This document shows, piece by piece, positions 51,734-58,949 of a stretch of DNA of 58,949 bases. Within the stretch, counting starts at the first letter, position 1, and each line of letters starts with the position of its first letter. The stretch is from NCBI GenBank assembly GCA_964655995.1, contig CAZZPK010000004.1, positions 1-58,949 of the forward strand. Direction: 5' to 3'. Made by a program: the position numbers and the translations under genes. Source of the stretch: an uncultured Candidatus Saccharibacteria bacterium (GTDB lineage: Bacteria > Patescibacteriota > Minisyncoccia > Phycocordibacterales > XYD1-FULL-46-19). Under the pieces are notes generated by a model, which saw only the letters and a list, made by a program, of their open reading frames with translations, searched no databases and was not told the DNA's origin.

Positions 51734-52803
51734 TTTATAATACCCTTATGTTGCTTAGCGTTTTTAAAGTTCTAGCCCCCACCGCTTTGGCCTTTTTTAT
51801 CGGCATTGCTCTGGCGCCGCTGCTTGCGCACTATCTTTACAAATACAAATTATGGAAAAAGCGCGCCGGTAAAATCGCTCCCGACGGCCGCGACACTCCG
51901 ATTTTTAACGAGCTCCATAAAGACAAGGAGGTGGGGACGCCGCGGATGGGCGGCGTGATTATTTGGGCCAGCACCTTAGTAACCGTTTTTTTATTTTGGC
52001 TCCTCGATGTTTTTGTCCCCGGCGATTTAACAGCTAAATTGGATTTTTTGAGCCGCGAGCAGACTTGGCTGCCGATTTTTACTTTAATCGTCGGTTCGCT
52101 GGTCGGTTTGATTGACGACTTATACCAAGTTTTAGGCAAGGGTGCCGGCAACGGTGGGCTGGCTTTCCGCAAACGCTTGGCTGTCGTCATTTTACTGGGA
52201 CTGGCCGGCGGTTGGTGGTTTAACGCCAAATTGGGCGTAGTCAGTATTTTTATCCCTTTAGTCGGGCCGGTAATGATCGGCTGGTGGCTCGTGCCGCTTT
52301 TTATCTTGGTGATGGTTGCTCTATTTTCGAGCGGCGTCATTGACGGCCTAGACGGCTTGTCCGGCGGCATTATGGCGATTATTTTTGCCGCTTACGCTGC
52401 GATTTCCTTTTTTAACAATCAAATCGATTTGGCCGCTTTGTGCGGCGTGATTGCCGGCGGCACCTTGGCCTTTTTATGGTTTAATATCCCGCCGGCGCGC
52501 TTTTACATGTCGGAGACGGGCATTTTGGGACTAACGACCACTTTAACAGTAGTCGCCTTTTTGACCGACTCGGTTTTATTTTTGCCGATTATCGCCTTAC
52601 CGCTAGTTGCCACCTCGCTCTCAGTGATAATCCAGCTCGCCTCCAAAAAACTGCGTGGCGGCAAAAAAGTTTTTTTAGTGGCGCCACTGCACCATCACTT
52701 TGAGGCCATCGGCTGGCCGGCCACCAAAGTGGTGATGCGCTATTGGATTATCGGCGTGATTGCGGCGATTATTGGCATGATCTTGGTACTTCTCCGTGTT
52801 TAA
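51730..52803 (+). CDS. mraY: Phospho-N-acetylmuramoyl-pentapeptide transferase
   Basis: TPRMGGVIIW, DDL, VIDGLDGL, PLHHHFE. The TTG at 51730 overlaps the previous stop; the alternative start is ATG 51748. Confidence 0.92.
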   Translation: MIYNTLMLLSVFKVLAPTALAFFIGIALAPLLAHYLYKYKLWKKRAGKIAPDGRDTPIFNELHKDKEVGTPRMGGVIIWASTLVTVFLFWLLDVFVPGDLTAKLDFLSREQTWLPIFTLIVGSLVGLIDDLYQVLGKGAGNGGLAFRKRLAVVILLGLAGGWWFNAKLGVVSIFIPLVGPVMIGWWLVPLFILVMVALFSSGVIDGLDGLSGGIMAIIFAAYAAISFFNNQIDLAALCGVIAGGTLAFLWFNIPPARFYMSETGILGLTTTLTVVAFLTDSVLFLPIIALPLVATSLSVIIQLASKKLRGGKKVFLVAPLHHHFEAIGWPATKVVMRYWIIGVIAAIIGMILVLLRV

Positions 52804-52806
52804 GAT

Positions 52807-53898
52807 ATGAGGCTGCCTAAACCCGACCGCTTTTTGTGGATTTTGCTTCTGGTGCTTATTGTCGCCGGCTTTTTTATTTTTGCCTCGGCCTCATTGGGCC
52901 TAGTTGGACGCGGCGGTCAAGCCAGTTTTTATTATGTCGCCCTAAAGCAAGCTTTGATCTTGGTGGCGGGAGTAGTCGGAATGATCATCTTGTCCAATAT
53001 TCCATACAAATGGTGGCGCAAATATGCCATCTATCTGGCTTTGGTCGCTTTGGGAGTCACCGCCTTGGTCTTTATCGATCAAATCGGCTTTACCTCGGGC
53101 GGCGCCAGGCGTTGGATTAAATTGGGCTCGCTCACGTTTCAGCCGGCCGAGTTTTTAAAAATCGGCGTCATTATGTATGTGGCGGCTTGGCTAGCCGCGG
53201 CCAAAGAGGAGATTGGCACTTGGCTGGGCGGCTTTTTCCCATTTTTGGCGATTTTGGCCGTGCCGGCCGTAGTGCTGTATCTCCAGCCTAATAACAGCAG
53301 TATCATCATTATCACCGTTGCCGCTTTTGCGATGTATTGGGTAGCCGGCGCGCCCTGGAGACAGATTATCGCTTTTGCCTTGATCGGCGTTATAGGCCTG
53401 GGCTTGATTGCCGCTACCAGACCTTATGTCCGAGAGCGCATCCACACCTTTTTTGACACCAACCGCGACGTCCAGGGCACCTCGTGGCAAATCAACCAGT
53501 CATTGATCGCTATCGGCTCCGGTCACTTAACCGGCCGAGGATTCGGCCAAAGCGTCCAGAAGTTCAATTATTTGCCGGAGCCGATGGGCGACTCGATTTA
53601 CGCCGTCGCCGCCGAGGAGTTTGGTTTTGTGGGCGGGACAACGATTATTGTCTTGTTTTTACTGCTGGCGCTGTGGGGCTTAAAAATCGCGTCGCGGGTT
53701 AATGACAACTTTGGTAGACTGCTGGCCGTCGGTATTGTTATACTGATAATTAGCCAATCGTTTATTAATATCGGCGCGATGCTGGGTTTGGCGCCACTAA
53801 CCGGTGTGCCGCTACTGTTTATGAGCCACGGCGGCAGCGCCCTGTTGGCGGCCCTCTTCCAAGCGGGGATCTTGCTCAATATCTCGCGCTATCAATAA
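52807..53898 (+). CDS. ftsW: SEDS-family peptidoglycan polymerase (FtsW/RodA)
   Basis: Polytopic protein with RWIKLGSLTFQPAEFLK, LPEPMGDSIYAVAAEEFGF and PLTGVPLLFMSHGGSA. Confidence 0.88.
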   Translation: MRLPKPDRFLWILLLVLIVAGFFIFASASLGLVGRGGQASFYYVALKQALILVAGVVGMIILSNIPYKWWRKYAIYLALVALGVTALVFIDQIGFTSGGARRWIKLGSLTFQPAEFLKIGVIMYVAAWLAAAKEEIGTWLGGFFPFLAILAVPAVVLYLQPNNSSIIIITVAAFAMYWVAGAPWRQIIAFALIGVIGLGLIAATRPYVRERIHTFFDTNRDVQGTSWQINQSLIAIGSGHLTGRGFGQSVQKFNYLPEPMGDSIYAVAAEEFGFVGGTTIIVLFLLLALWGLKIASRVNDNFGRLLAVGIVILIISQSFINIGAMLGLAPLTGVPLLFMSHGGSALLAALFQAGILLNISRYQ

Positions 53899-53904
53899 AA
53901 TTTT

Positions 53905-55029
53905 ATGAAGATTGTTTTAACCGGCGGCGGCACGGGCGGCCACTTTTACCCCTTGATTGCCGTGGCCCAAGCGCTGCACCAAGAGGCCGAGAGGCAAAAG
54001 CTTGTTGATGTCGCCATTTGGTATTTTGCCCCCGAGCCTTATAATCCGCGCGCGCTGTTTGAGGAGCGGATCACTTTTGTGCCAATCAAGGCCGGCAAAC
54101 TGCGGCGTTATTTTTCTTTCCGTAATTTTACAGATATGTTTAAGACATTGTGGGGGATGGGGCAGGCTCTGCGCTCCCTGTATTTTATTTTTCCCGACGT
54201 GGTGTTTAGTAAAGGCGGTTACGCCAGCGTCCCCACCTTGTGGGCGGCGCGCCTACTTGGCATACCAGTGGTCATTCATGAGTCGGACTCCAAGCCAGGG
54301 CGCGCCAACTTATGGGCCGGCAAATTTGCGGTTCGAGTCGCTGTCTCATACCCCGAGGCCGCCGCTTATTTTAAACCCGACAAGGTGGCCATTACCGGCA
54401 ACCCGCTCCGCGCCGAAATTATGAACCCGATCACTCACGGCGCCCACGAATTTTTAAAACTTGACCCAAAAATGCCGGTGATCTTAGTCCTGGGCGGCTC
54501 CCAAGGAGCCGCCCGCCTCAACGACGTCTTTTTGGATTTGGCCACCGAGCTGATCGAGTCGTATCAAGTGATTCACCAGGTAGGCAAAGCCAATGTTGAT
54601 GAGATCAACAAGCGCTTGTCGTATCTTTTGGCCGACAATCCTCACCGCGACCGTTACAAAGTATTTGATTATTTAAATGAGACCGCTCTGCGGATGTCGG
54701 CCGGAGTGGCCACCTTGGTCGTCTCTCGGGCCGGCTCGGCGATTTTTGAATTTGCGACCTGGGGGATACCGGCGATTTTGATCCCGATCCCGGAGGACAT
54801 CAGCCACGATCAGCGCTCCAACGCCTTTATGTACGCCCGGAGCGGCGCTGCGGCCGTGATCGAGGAAAATAATTTAACCAAGTCGATTCTCCGTTCCGAG
54901 ATCGGCCGGATTATCGACGATCGCGCCATCCACTCTAAAATGAGCGAAGCGGCCAAATCTTTTGCCAAGCCGGAAGCGGCAGAGAGCATTGCCCGAGCCT
55001 TAATCGACTTAGCCAAAAGCCATGAGTAA
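53905..55029 (+). CDS. murG: UDP-N-acetylglucosamine--LipidI N-acetylglucosamine transferase MurG
   Basis: GGGTGGHFYPLIAVAQAL, HESDSKPG, GGSQGA. Confidence 0.92.
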   Translation: MKIVLTGGGTGGHFYPLIAVAQALHQEAERQKLVDVAIWYFAPEPYNPRALFEERITFVPIKAGKLRRYFSFRNFTDMFKTLWGMGQALRSLYFIFPDVVFSKGGYASVPTLWAARLLGIPVVIHESDSKPGRANLWAGKFAVRVAVSYPEAAAYFKPDKVAITGNPLRAEIMNPITHGAHEFLKLDPKMPVILVLGGSQGAARLNDVFLDLATELIESYQVIHQVGKANVDEINKRLSYLLADNPHRDRYKVFDYLNETALRMSAGVATLVVSRAGSAIFEFATWGIPAILIPIPEDISHDQRSNAFMYARSGAAAVIEENNLTKSILRSEIGRIIDDRAIHSKMSEAAKSFAKPEAAESIARALIDLAKSHE

Positions 55030-56326
55030 ACCCGCATCTGCCCAAGTAATCACCCGCTTTGCCCCGAGTCCCACTGGACTATTGCATTTAGGCAATTACC
55101 GAACGGCCTTATTTAATTATTTGTTTGCGCGCCAAGCCAAAGGACGCTTTCTCCTCCGGGTGGAAGATACCGACCGCGAGCGCTCTCAAAAAGAATACGA
55201 GGATAATATTTTTGAAAGTTTGACTTGGCTTGGTCTTGATTACGATGAAAAATCCAGACAATCGGAACGCGCGCCCCGCCACACTTTTTATCTCCAAAAA
55301 TTAATTGCCGACGGCCACGCTTATCGCTCCCAAGAGACGGCGGGGGAACGCGGCGAGGTAATCCGTTTTAAAAATCCCAATCAAGTGGTCACTTTTACCG
55401 ATTTGATCAGAGGGGAAGTAACTTTTGACACTACCGACTTGGGCGATTTTGTGATCGCCAAAAGCGAGACGGAGCCCCTTTTTCACCTAGCAGTGGTGGT
55501 TGACGATTTTGAGTCCGGCGTCACTCATGTGATCCGCGGCGAGGATCACATCTCCAATACCCCGCGCCATATCCTGCTCCAGCGGGCCATTGGCGCCCCT
55601 ACGCCCATTTATGCCCACTTGCCGCTGGTCCTGGCGCCGGATCGCAGCAAACTCTCCAAGCGCCACGGCGCCCTGCCGATAACTGAGTACCGCGATGGCG
55701 GTTATTTGCCGGAAGCCATTATTAATTTTATGGCTCTGTTGGGCTGGTCGCCCCAACATGGGGAGGGGACTAATCAAGAGCTTTTCAGCCTGACGGAATT
55801 AATCGAGCGCTTTGATCTCTCGGCGGTGGGGAAGAGCGGCGCCATTTTTAACATCGATAAACTAAATTGGCTTAATAAGGAGTATTTGGCGCGCCTCGGG
55901 TCGGAGGAAAAAGTAAATTATGTCGCCAAAGCCCTGCCGGACTTGGATCAGGCCATGGTGGCAAAAATCACGCCGCTTATTTTGGATCGGGCCAGCAATT
56001 ACGAGGAGATAAAAAAAATGAATCAAGCAGGGGAGTTGGCTTACTTTTTTACCGCCCCTCGACCGACCAAAGAACTGCTTAAAAACACGGCTCATTTGCC
56101 CAAAGCGATAGAGTTATTGAATACCGTGCCGGAAGCCGATTGGACGGCAGAGAATATCAAAAATAGCGTTTGGGATTACGCGACAAAAATCAGTCGAGCC
56201 GAAGTGCTTTGGCCCATGCGCGTGGCCCTCTCCGGTCTCCCTAAATCAGCCGACCCTTTTACCATTGCCGCCATCCTCGGCAAAGAGGAAACTGTGGCTC
56301 GTCTGACTTATGCCCAAAATTTGTAA
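55022..56326 (+). CDS. gltX: Glutamate--tRNA ligase
   Basis: RFAPSPTGLLHLGNYRTALFNY, VIRGEDHISNTPR, KLSKRHG. Confidence 0.93.
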   Translation: MSKPASAQVITRFAPSPTGLLHLGNYRTALFNYLFARQAKGRFLLRVEDTDRERSQKEYEDNIFESLTWLGLDYDEKSRQSERAPRHTFYLQKLIADGHAYRSQETAGERGEVIRFKNPNQVVTFTDLIRGEVTFDTTDLGDFVIAKSETEPLFHLAVVVDDFESGVTHVIRGEDHISNTPRHILLQRAIGAPTPIYAHLPLVLAPDRSKLSKRHGALPITEYRDGGYLPEAIINFMALLGWSPQHGEGTNQELFSLTELIERFDLSAVGKSGAIFNIDKLNWLNKEYLARLGSEEKVNYVAKALPDLDQAMVAKITPLILDRASNYEEIKKMNQAGELAYFFTAPRPTKELLKNTAHLPKAIELLNTVPEADWTAENIKNSVWDYATKISRAEVLWPMRVALSGLPKSADPFTIAAILGKEETVARLTYAQNL

Positions 56327-57584
56327 TGGATTGATTATTGTCGGTTTACTGTTAACCATGGGAGCGGGAGCGGCTTGGGCGCAAACGGAAGCCGAGCTTA
56401 CCAGAACAATCGATACTAAACAGGCCGAGATCAAAAAACTGGAGCAGGAGATCAAGGCGGTGCAGTCCAATATCACCGAGACCCAAAAAAAGGCGAACAC
56501 GCTCCAAAACGACATTAAAGAAATCGATTTGACCCGCGACAAGTTGGCTAAAGATATCGCCCTGACCCAAAAAAAGATCGAAGCCTCCCGCCTGGTCTTG
56601 CAACGGCTCCGCCTCGATATTGCCGACACGACCAGCGATTTGACTCGAATTAAGGAGGCAACGAGAATTTCCTTGCGTCAAGTTCAAAATTTGGACGTCT
56701 TAACTCCGCTGGCTTTTGCTCTAAAGGGAGAGAGCTGGTCGCAAATTTGGACCGATATGGCCCATTTAAGCCGTCTCTCTCGCCGATTGGTCGATTACAG
56801 CCGGACAATTACCGCCTATAAAATCGATCTGGAAAACAAAGAAGATGCCACCAAAAAAGAGATGGCACGTTTAGCCGAGCTCAATGCCCAATTGGCCGAT
56901 CAAAAAATCTTGGCCGACTCGGCCAAAAAAGCCAAAGACTCGCTTTTGGCCAGCACCAAAAATCAAGAGAGTGTTTACCGGGCGCTACTGGCCGACCGTC
57001 TGGCCAAAAAACAGCAGGTGGAAAGCGAGATCGCCCAGGCCGAGGCCGCTTTGCGGACGATTATCGATCCTTCATCAATCCCTAAAACCGGCCGGGGCAT
57101 TTTGGCCTGGCCGGTATCGCCGGTAATAATTACTCAATATTTTGGCAATACCGCTTTTGCCTCCCAAAATCCCCAAGTTTACAGCGGTAGAGGACATAAT
57201 GGCATTGATTTTGGCATCCCTATCGGCACCCCGATCAAAGCGGCCGCCGAGGGAGTGGTGTTGGGAACTGGCGACACTGATTTAACCTGCCCGGGCGCCT
57301 CCTATGGCCGCTGGGTGCTGGTTAAACACAATAACGGGCTTACCACTCTTTATGCCCATCTGTCGCTCATTAAGGCAGGTGAGGGACAACGGGTGGGGCG
57401 AGGCGAGCTCTTGGGCTATAGCGGCAATACCGGCTACTCCACCGGGCCGCATCTCCATTTCTCCCTCTTTGCCAGCCAAGGCGTCCAAATCGGCTCCCTA
57501 AAAAGCAAGGTCCCGGGCTGCGGCACTTACCGTTTGCCTTTGGCCTCCTACAATAGCTACCTTAATCCACTATCTTATTTGTAA
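56310..57584 (+). CDS. M23 family metallopeptidase with an N-terminal coiled coil (EnvC-like)
   Basis: A signal/TM segment, a long coiled coil, then HNGIDFG and GPHLHFSLF. Confidence 0.88.
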   Translation: MPKICNGLIIVGLLLTMGAGAAWAQTEAELTRTIDTKQAEIKKLEQEIKAVQSNITETQKKANTLQNDIKEIDLTRDKLAKDIALTQKKIEASRLVLQRLRLDIADTTSDLTRIKEATRISLRQVQNLDVLTPLAFALKGESWSQIWTDMAHLSRLSRRLVDYSRTITAYKIDLENKEDATKKEMARLAELNAQLADQKILADSAKKAKDSLLASTKNQESVYRALLADRLAKKQQVESEIAQAEAALRTIIDPSSIPKTGRGILAWPVSPVIITQYFGNTAFASQNPQVYSGRGHNGIDFGIPIGTPIKAAAEGVVLGTGDTDLTCPGASYGRWVLVKHNNGLTTLYAHLSLIKAGEGQRVGRGELLGYSGNTGYSTGPHLHFSLFASQGVQIGSLKSKVPGCGTYRLPLASYNSYLNPLSYL

Positions 57585-57617
57585 CCGCCGGGGCCGGTAA
57601 GTTATAATTAAGACAGT

Positions 57618-57914
57618 ATGAGCCGACGCGGCTTTATTAAATGGATTATCGTCATTTTAATCGGCGTATTTATTTTGACTTTATTGCGGGTGGATATCCG
57701 CGCCATCGTCAACTCCGACATCGGCCAATCCAACTTTAATTATTTGCGCGAATTGGTTACCAGCGCCTGGGAATGGCTGGTCTGGTTTTGGGGAGAGTAC
57801 CTCTCAGAGCCGTTTTGGGCCATTGTCGAGGCGCTCCAACTCCGAGAATTATGGGAGGCCTTCAAAGACGGTATTGCCCGCGGCATGCCCGATATCGGGG
57901 GTATTGGCAATTAA
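57618..57914 (+). CDS. Small membrane protein (98 aa)
   Basis: N-terminal TM (WIIVILIGVFILTLL). Terminator downstream. Confidence 0.5.
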   Translation: MSRRGFIKWIIVILIGVFILTLLRVDIRAIVNSDIGQSNFNYLRELVTSAWEWLVWFWGEYLSEPFWAIVEALQLRELWEAFKDGIARGMPDIGGIGN

Positions 57915-57915
57915 C

Positions 57916-57947
57916 AAAATATGGCTCAACAGAGCCATATTTTGTTA
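57916..57947 (+). terminator. Terminator AAAATATGGCTC-AACA-GAGCCATATTTT
   Basis: A perfect 12-bp stem (57916-27 with 57932-43) running into TTTTGTT. Confidence 0.7.
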
Positions 57948-57954
57948 ATTTTGA

Positions 57955-57983
57955 TTGACTTTTAGACCCCATTATGCTAAGCT
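57955..57983 (+). promoter_or_regulatory. Promoter TTGACT-17-TAAGCT
   Basis: It shares the TTGACTTTTAG box with 39013 and 39452. Confidence 0.5.
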
Positions 57984-57989
57984 AGACTT

Positions 57990-58077
57990 AGTATCAAGTA
58001 AGGTTAAATGGTTGACTTGATACTCTCAAATTAACTTTAATTCTTCCGGTAAAGACTAAGGTAATACCTTAGTCTTT
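57990..58077 (+). promoter_or_regulatory. Leader with two strong hairpins ahead of the transglycosylase gene
   Basis: AGTATCAAGT (57990-99) pairs with ACTTGATACT (58015-24). AAAGACTAAGG (58051-61) pairs with CCTTAGTCTTT (58067-77). Confidence 0.5.
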
Positions 58078-58134
58078 ATTGGTTCCAAACTTATTCTTAC
58101 TATTGCCCAATTAGGTTTAGCTGGCCTCATTACC

Positions 58135-58554
58135 ATGAGCGCCGCCGGTCTTACTGCTGGTAGCGCAAACATCGGGATGACCGGCGTCGTACTTAAAAGT
58201 ATCGGCCCGGACGCTGCGACCTCGACAATCGCTTTGGCGATTGAGCAAATAGCCAAGGACCAAAAGGTCGATCCCGAGCCCTTGCTCGAGATTGCCCGTT
58301 GTGAGAGCCGGTACCGCCAGTATGATGAGGACGGCAGCGTCCTGCGCGGCACTCACAACCCTCGCGATGTTGGAATCTTCCAAATCAATGAGCGGTTCCA
58401 TTTGGAGCAGAGCCACGAGCTCGGCTACGATATTTACACCGCTGAAGGAAATATCCGCTACGCCATCTGGTTAAGTGAAAAAGAGGGTATCGGTCACTGG
58501 AGCGCCTCCAAGCCCTGTTGGGGCAAGGCGGTCAGTCAGTTAGCTAAAAGATAA
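58135..58554 (+). CDS. Lytic transglycosylase (SLT/lysozyme-like) domain protein
   Basis: Catalytic-Glu context IARCESRYRQYD, then VGIFQINERFH. The frame stays open upstream to 58060 and encodes a TM-like segment without an ATG/GTG/TTG, so the true start is uncertain. Confidence 0.75.
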   Translation: MSAAGLTAGSANIGMTGVVLKSIGPDAATSTIALAIEQIAKDQKVDPEPLLEIARCESRYRQYDEDGSVLRGTHNPRDVGIFQINERFHLEQSHELGYDIYTAEGNIRYAIWLSEKEGIGHWSASKPCWGKAVSQLAKR

Positions 58555-58566
58555 TTTATTTTAGTC

Positions 58567-58597
58567 AAAAATATCCCGGCTCGGCCGGGGTATTTTT
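58567..58597. terminator. Bidirectional terminator
   Basis: AAAAATAT-CCCGGC-TCG-GCCGGG-GTATTTTT. It has an A-run upstream and a T-run downstream, and sits between convergent genes. Confidence 0.7.
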
Positions 58598-58725
58598 GGT
58601 TGGGCCGAGGGGAGACCCTATGTCGCAAAAGGTATATTGTGCGACGTACCCTCTCTCTGAGTGGGACGAGCCTAAGCCATTAATAATTAATTGAGAAATT
58701 ATTTAATTAATTATTTTTTAAATAA

Positions 58726-58949
58726 TTATTTGGCTTGGCAATTGCCGGCTAGCGTATACCCCGCCTGCTCAGCCTCGGCCGGACTATTAAACCAGACTTG
58801 ATTGACCTCCTTAATTTGCTTGGCGCCGGGGCAGTGCGGATAATGGTACTTAGTCCCCTGTTTGGAGGCTACGACAACCTGCTTAGTCTGAACCTGATTA
58901 TTTATTGCTGGCTTAATTTCTTCTTTTACTGCCACCGGCACCGGAGAGG
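58726..58949 (-). CDS. Protein with a C-terminal Cys-containing metal-binding-like domain; 5' end probably outside the window
   Basis: ...GTKYHYPHCPGAKQIKEVNQVWFNSPAEAEQAGYTLAGNCQAK. The frame remains open to the window edge. Confidence 0.45.
   Translation of the reverse strand, partial: SPVPVAVKEEIKPAINNQVQTKQVVVASKQGTKYHYPHCPGAKQIKEVNQVWFNSPAEAEQAGYTLAGNCQAK

Noticed and set aside
58682-58715. AT-only inverted repeat AATAATTAATT...AATTAATTATT downstream of the last minus-strand gene
   Set aside because: It is a pure A/T stem of very low stability in a low-complexity AT stretch. It is likely just spacer or weak terminator sequence and is not distinctive enough to call.
1-58949. CRISPR arrays, rRNA genes, transposases/integrases, reverse transcriptase/DGR, and alternative genetic code (UGA sense)
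   Set aside because: No regularly spaced direct repeats, no rRNA-like conserved blocks and no recombinase or RT motifs were seen in any frame. TGA terminates several well-supported genes (for example mnmA at 20440-42 and scpB at 50814-16), and long ORFs are intact under code 11.

Overview
This is a densely packed, mostly plus-strand housekeeping segment of a reduced bacterial genome. Domain-minimised UvrC, AlaRS and AspRS, a partial cell-wall gene set and many small membrane ORFs suggest a Patescibacteria/CPR-like organism, but that assignment is inference only. The standard genetic code applies, since TGA acts as a stop. Recognisable content, in order: uvrA 3' end, uvrC, a histidine kinase with a receiver-only regulator, ddl, and a MacB-type ABC permease/ATPase/HlyD adaptor trio. 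Then come two tandem tRNA-Ala genes, ychF, leuS, mltG, a DnaQ-like exonuclease, mnmA, alaS, the infA-rpmJ-rpsM-rpsK-rpsD-rpoA-rplQ-rplM-rpsI block and grpE-dnaK. dnaK is separated from dnaJ by an AT-rich two-gene insert. Further on are trpS, an ABC exporter, aspS behind a structured terminator-containing leader, scpAB, a dac-mraY-ftsW-murG block, gltX, an M23 peptidase and an SLT-type transglycosylase. AT-rich accessory stretches lie at about 9.0-10.5 kb, 32.2-33.6 kb and 35.9-44.2 kb. The last one holds a prolyl oligopeptidase, a Cys-tailed small protein, a methyltransferase, small Cys-rich and membrane proteins, a SET-domain fusion and an orphan kinase. The most unusual signal not explained by genes is a five-copy family of long imperfect palindromes. 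All five are intergenic and centred on an invariant ACGATCGT, and two of them bracket a winged-helix + Cas2/PaaX-C-like gene at 47.1-47.7 kb. Other points of note: abrupt codon-usage mosaicism inside leuS and mnmA, several promoters placed so close to start codons that the mRNAs look leaderless, and several structured leaders. No CRISPR array, rRNA, transposase or integrase was seen. All function calls come from reading motifs in the translations; no database search was possible.
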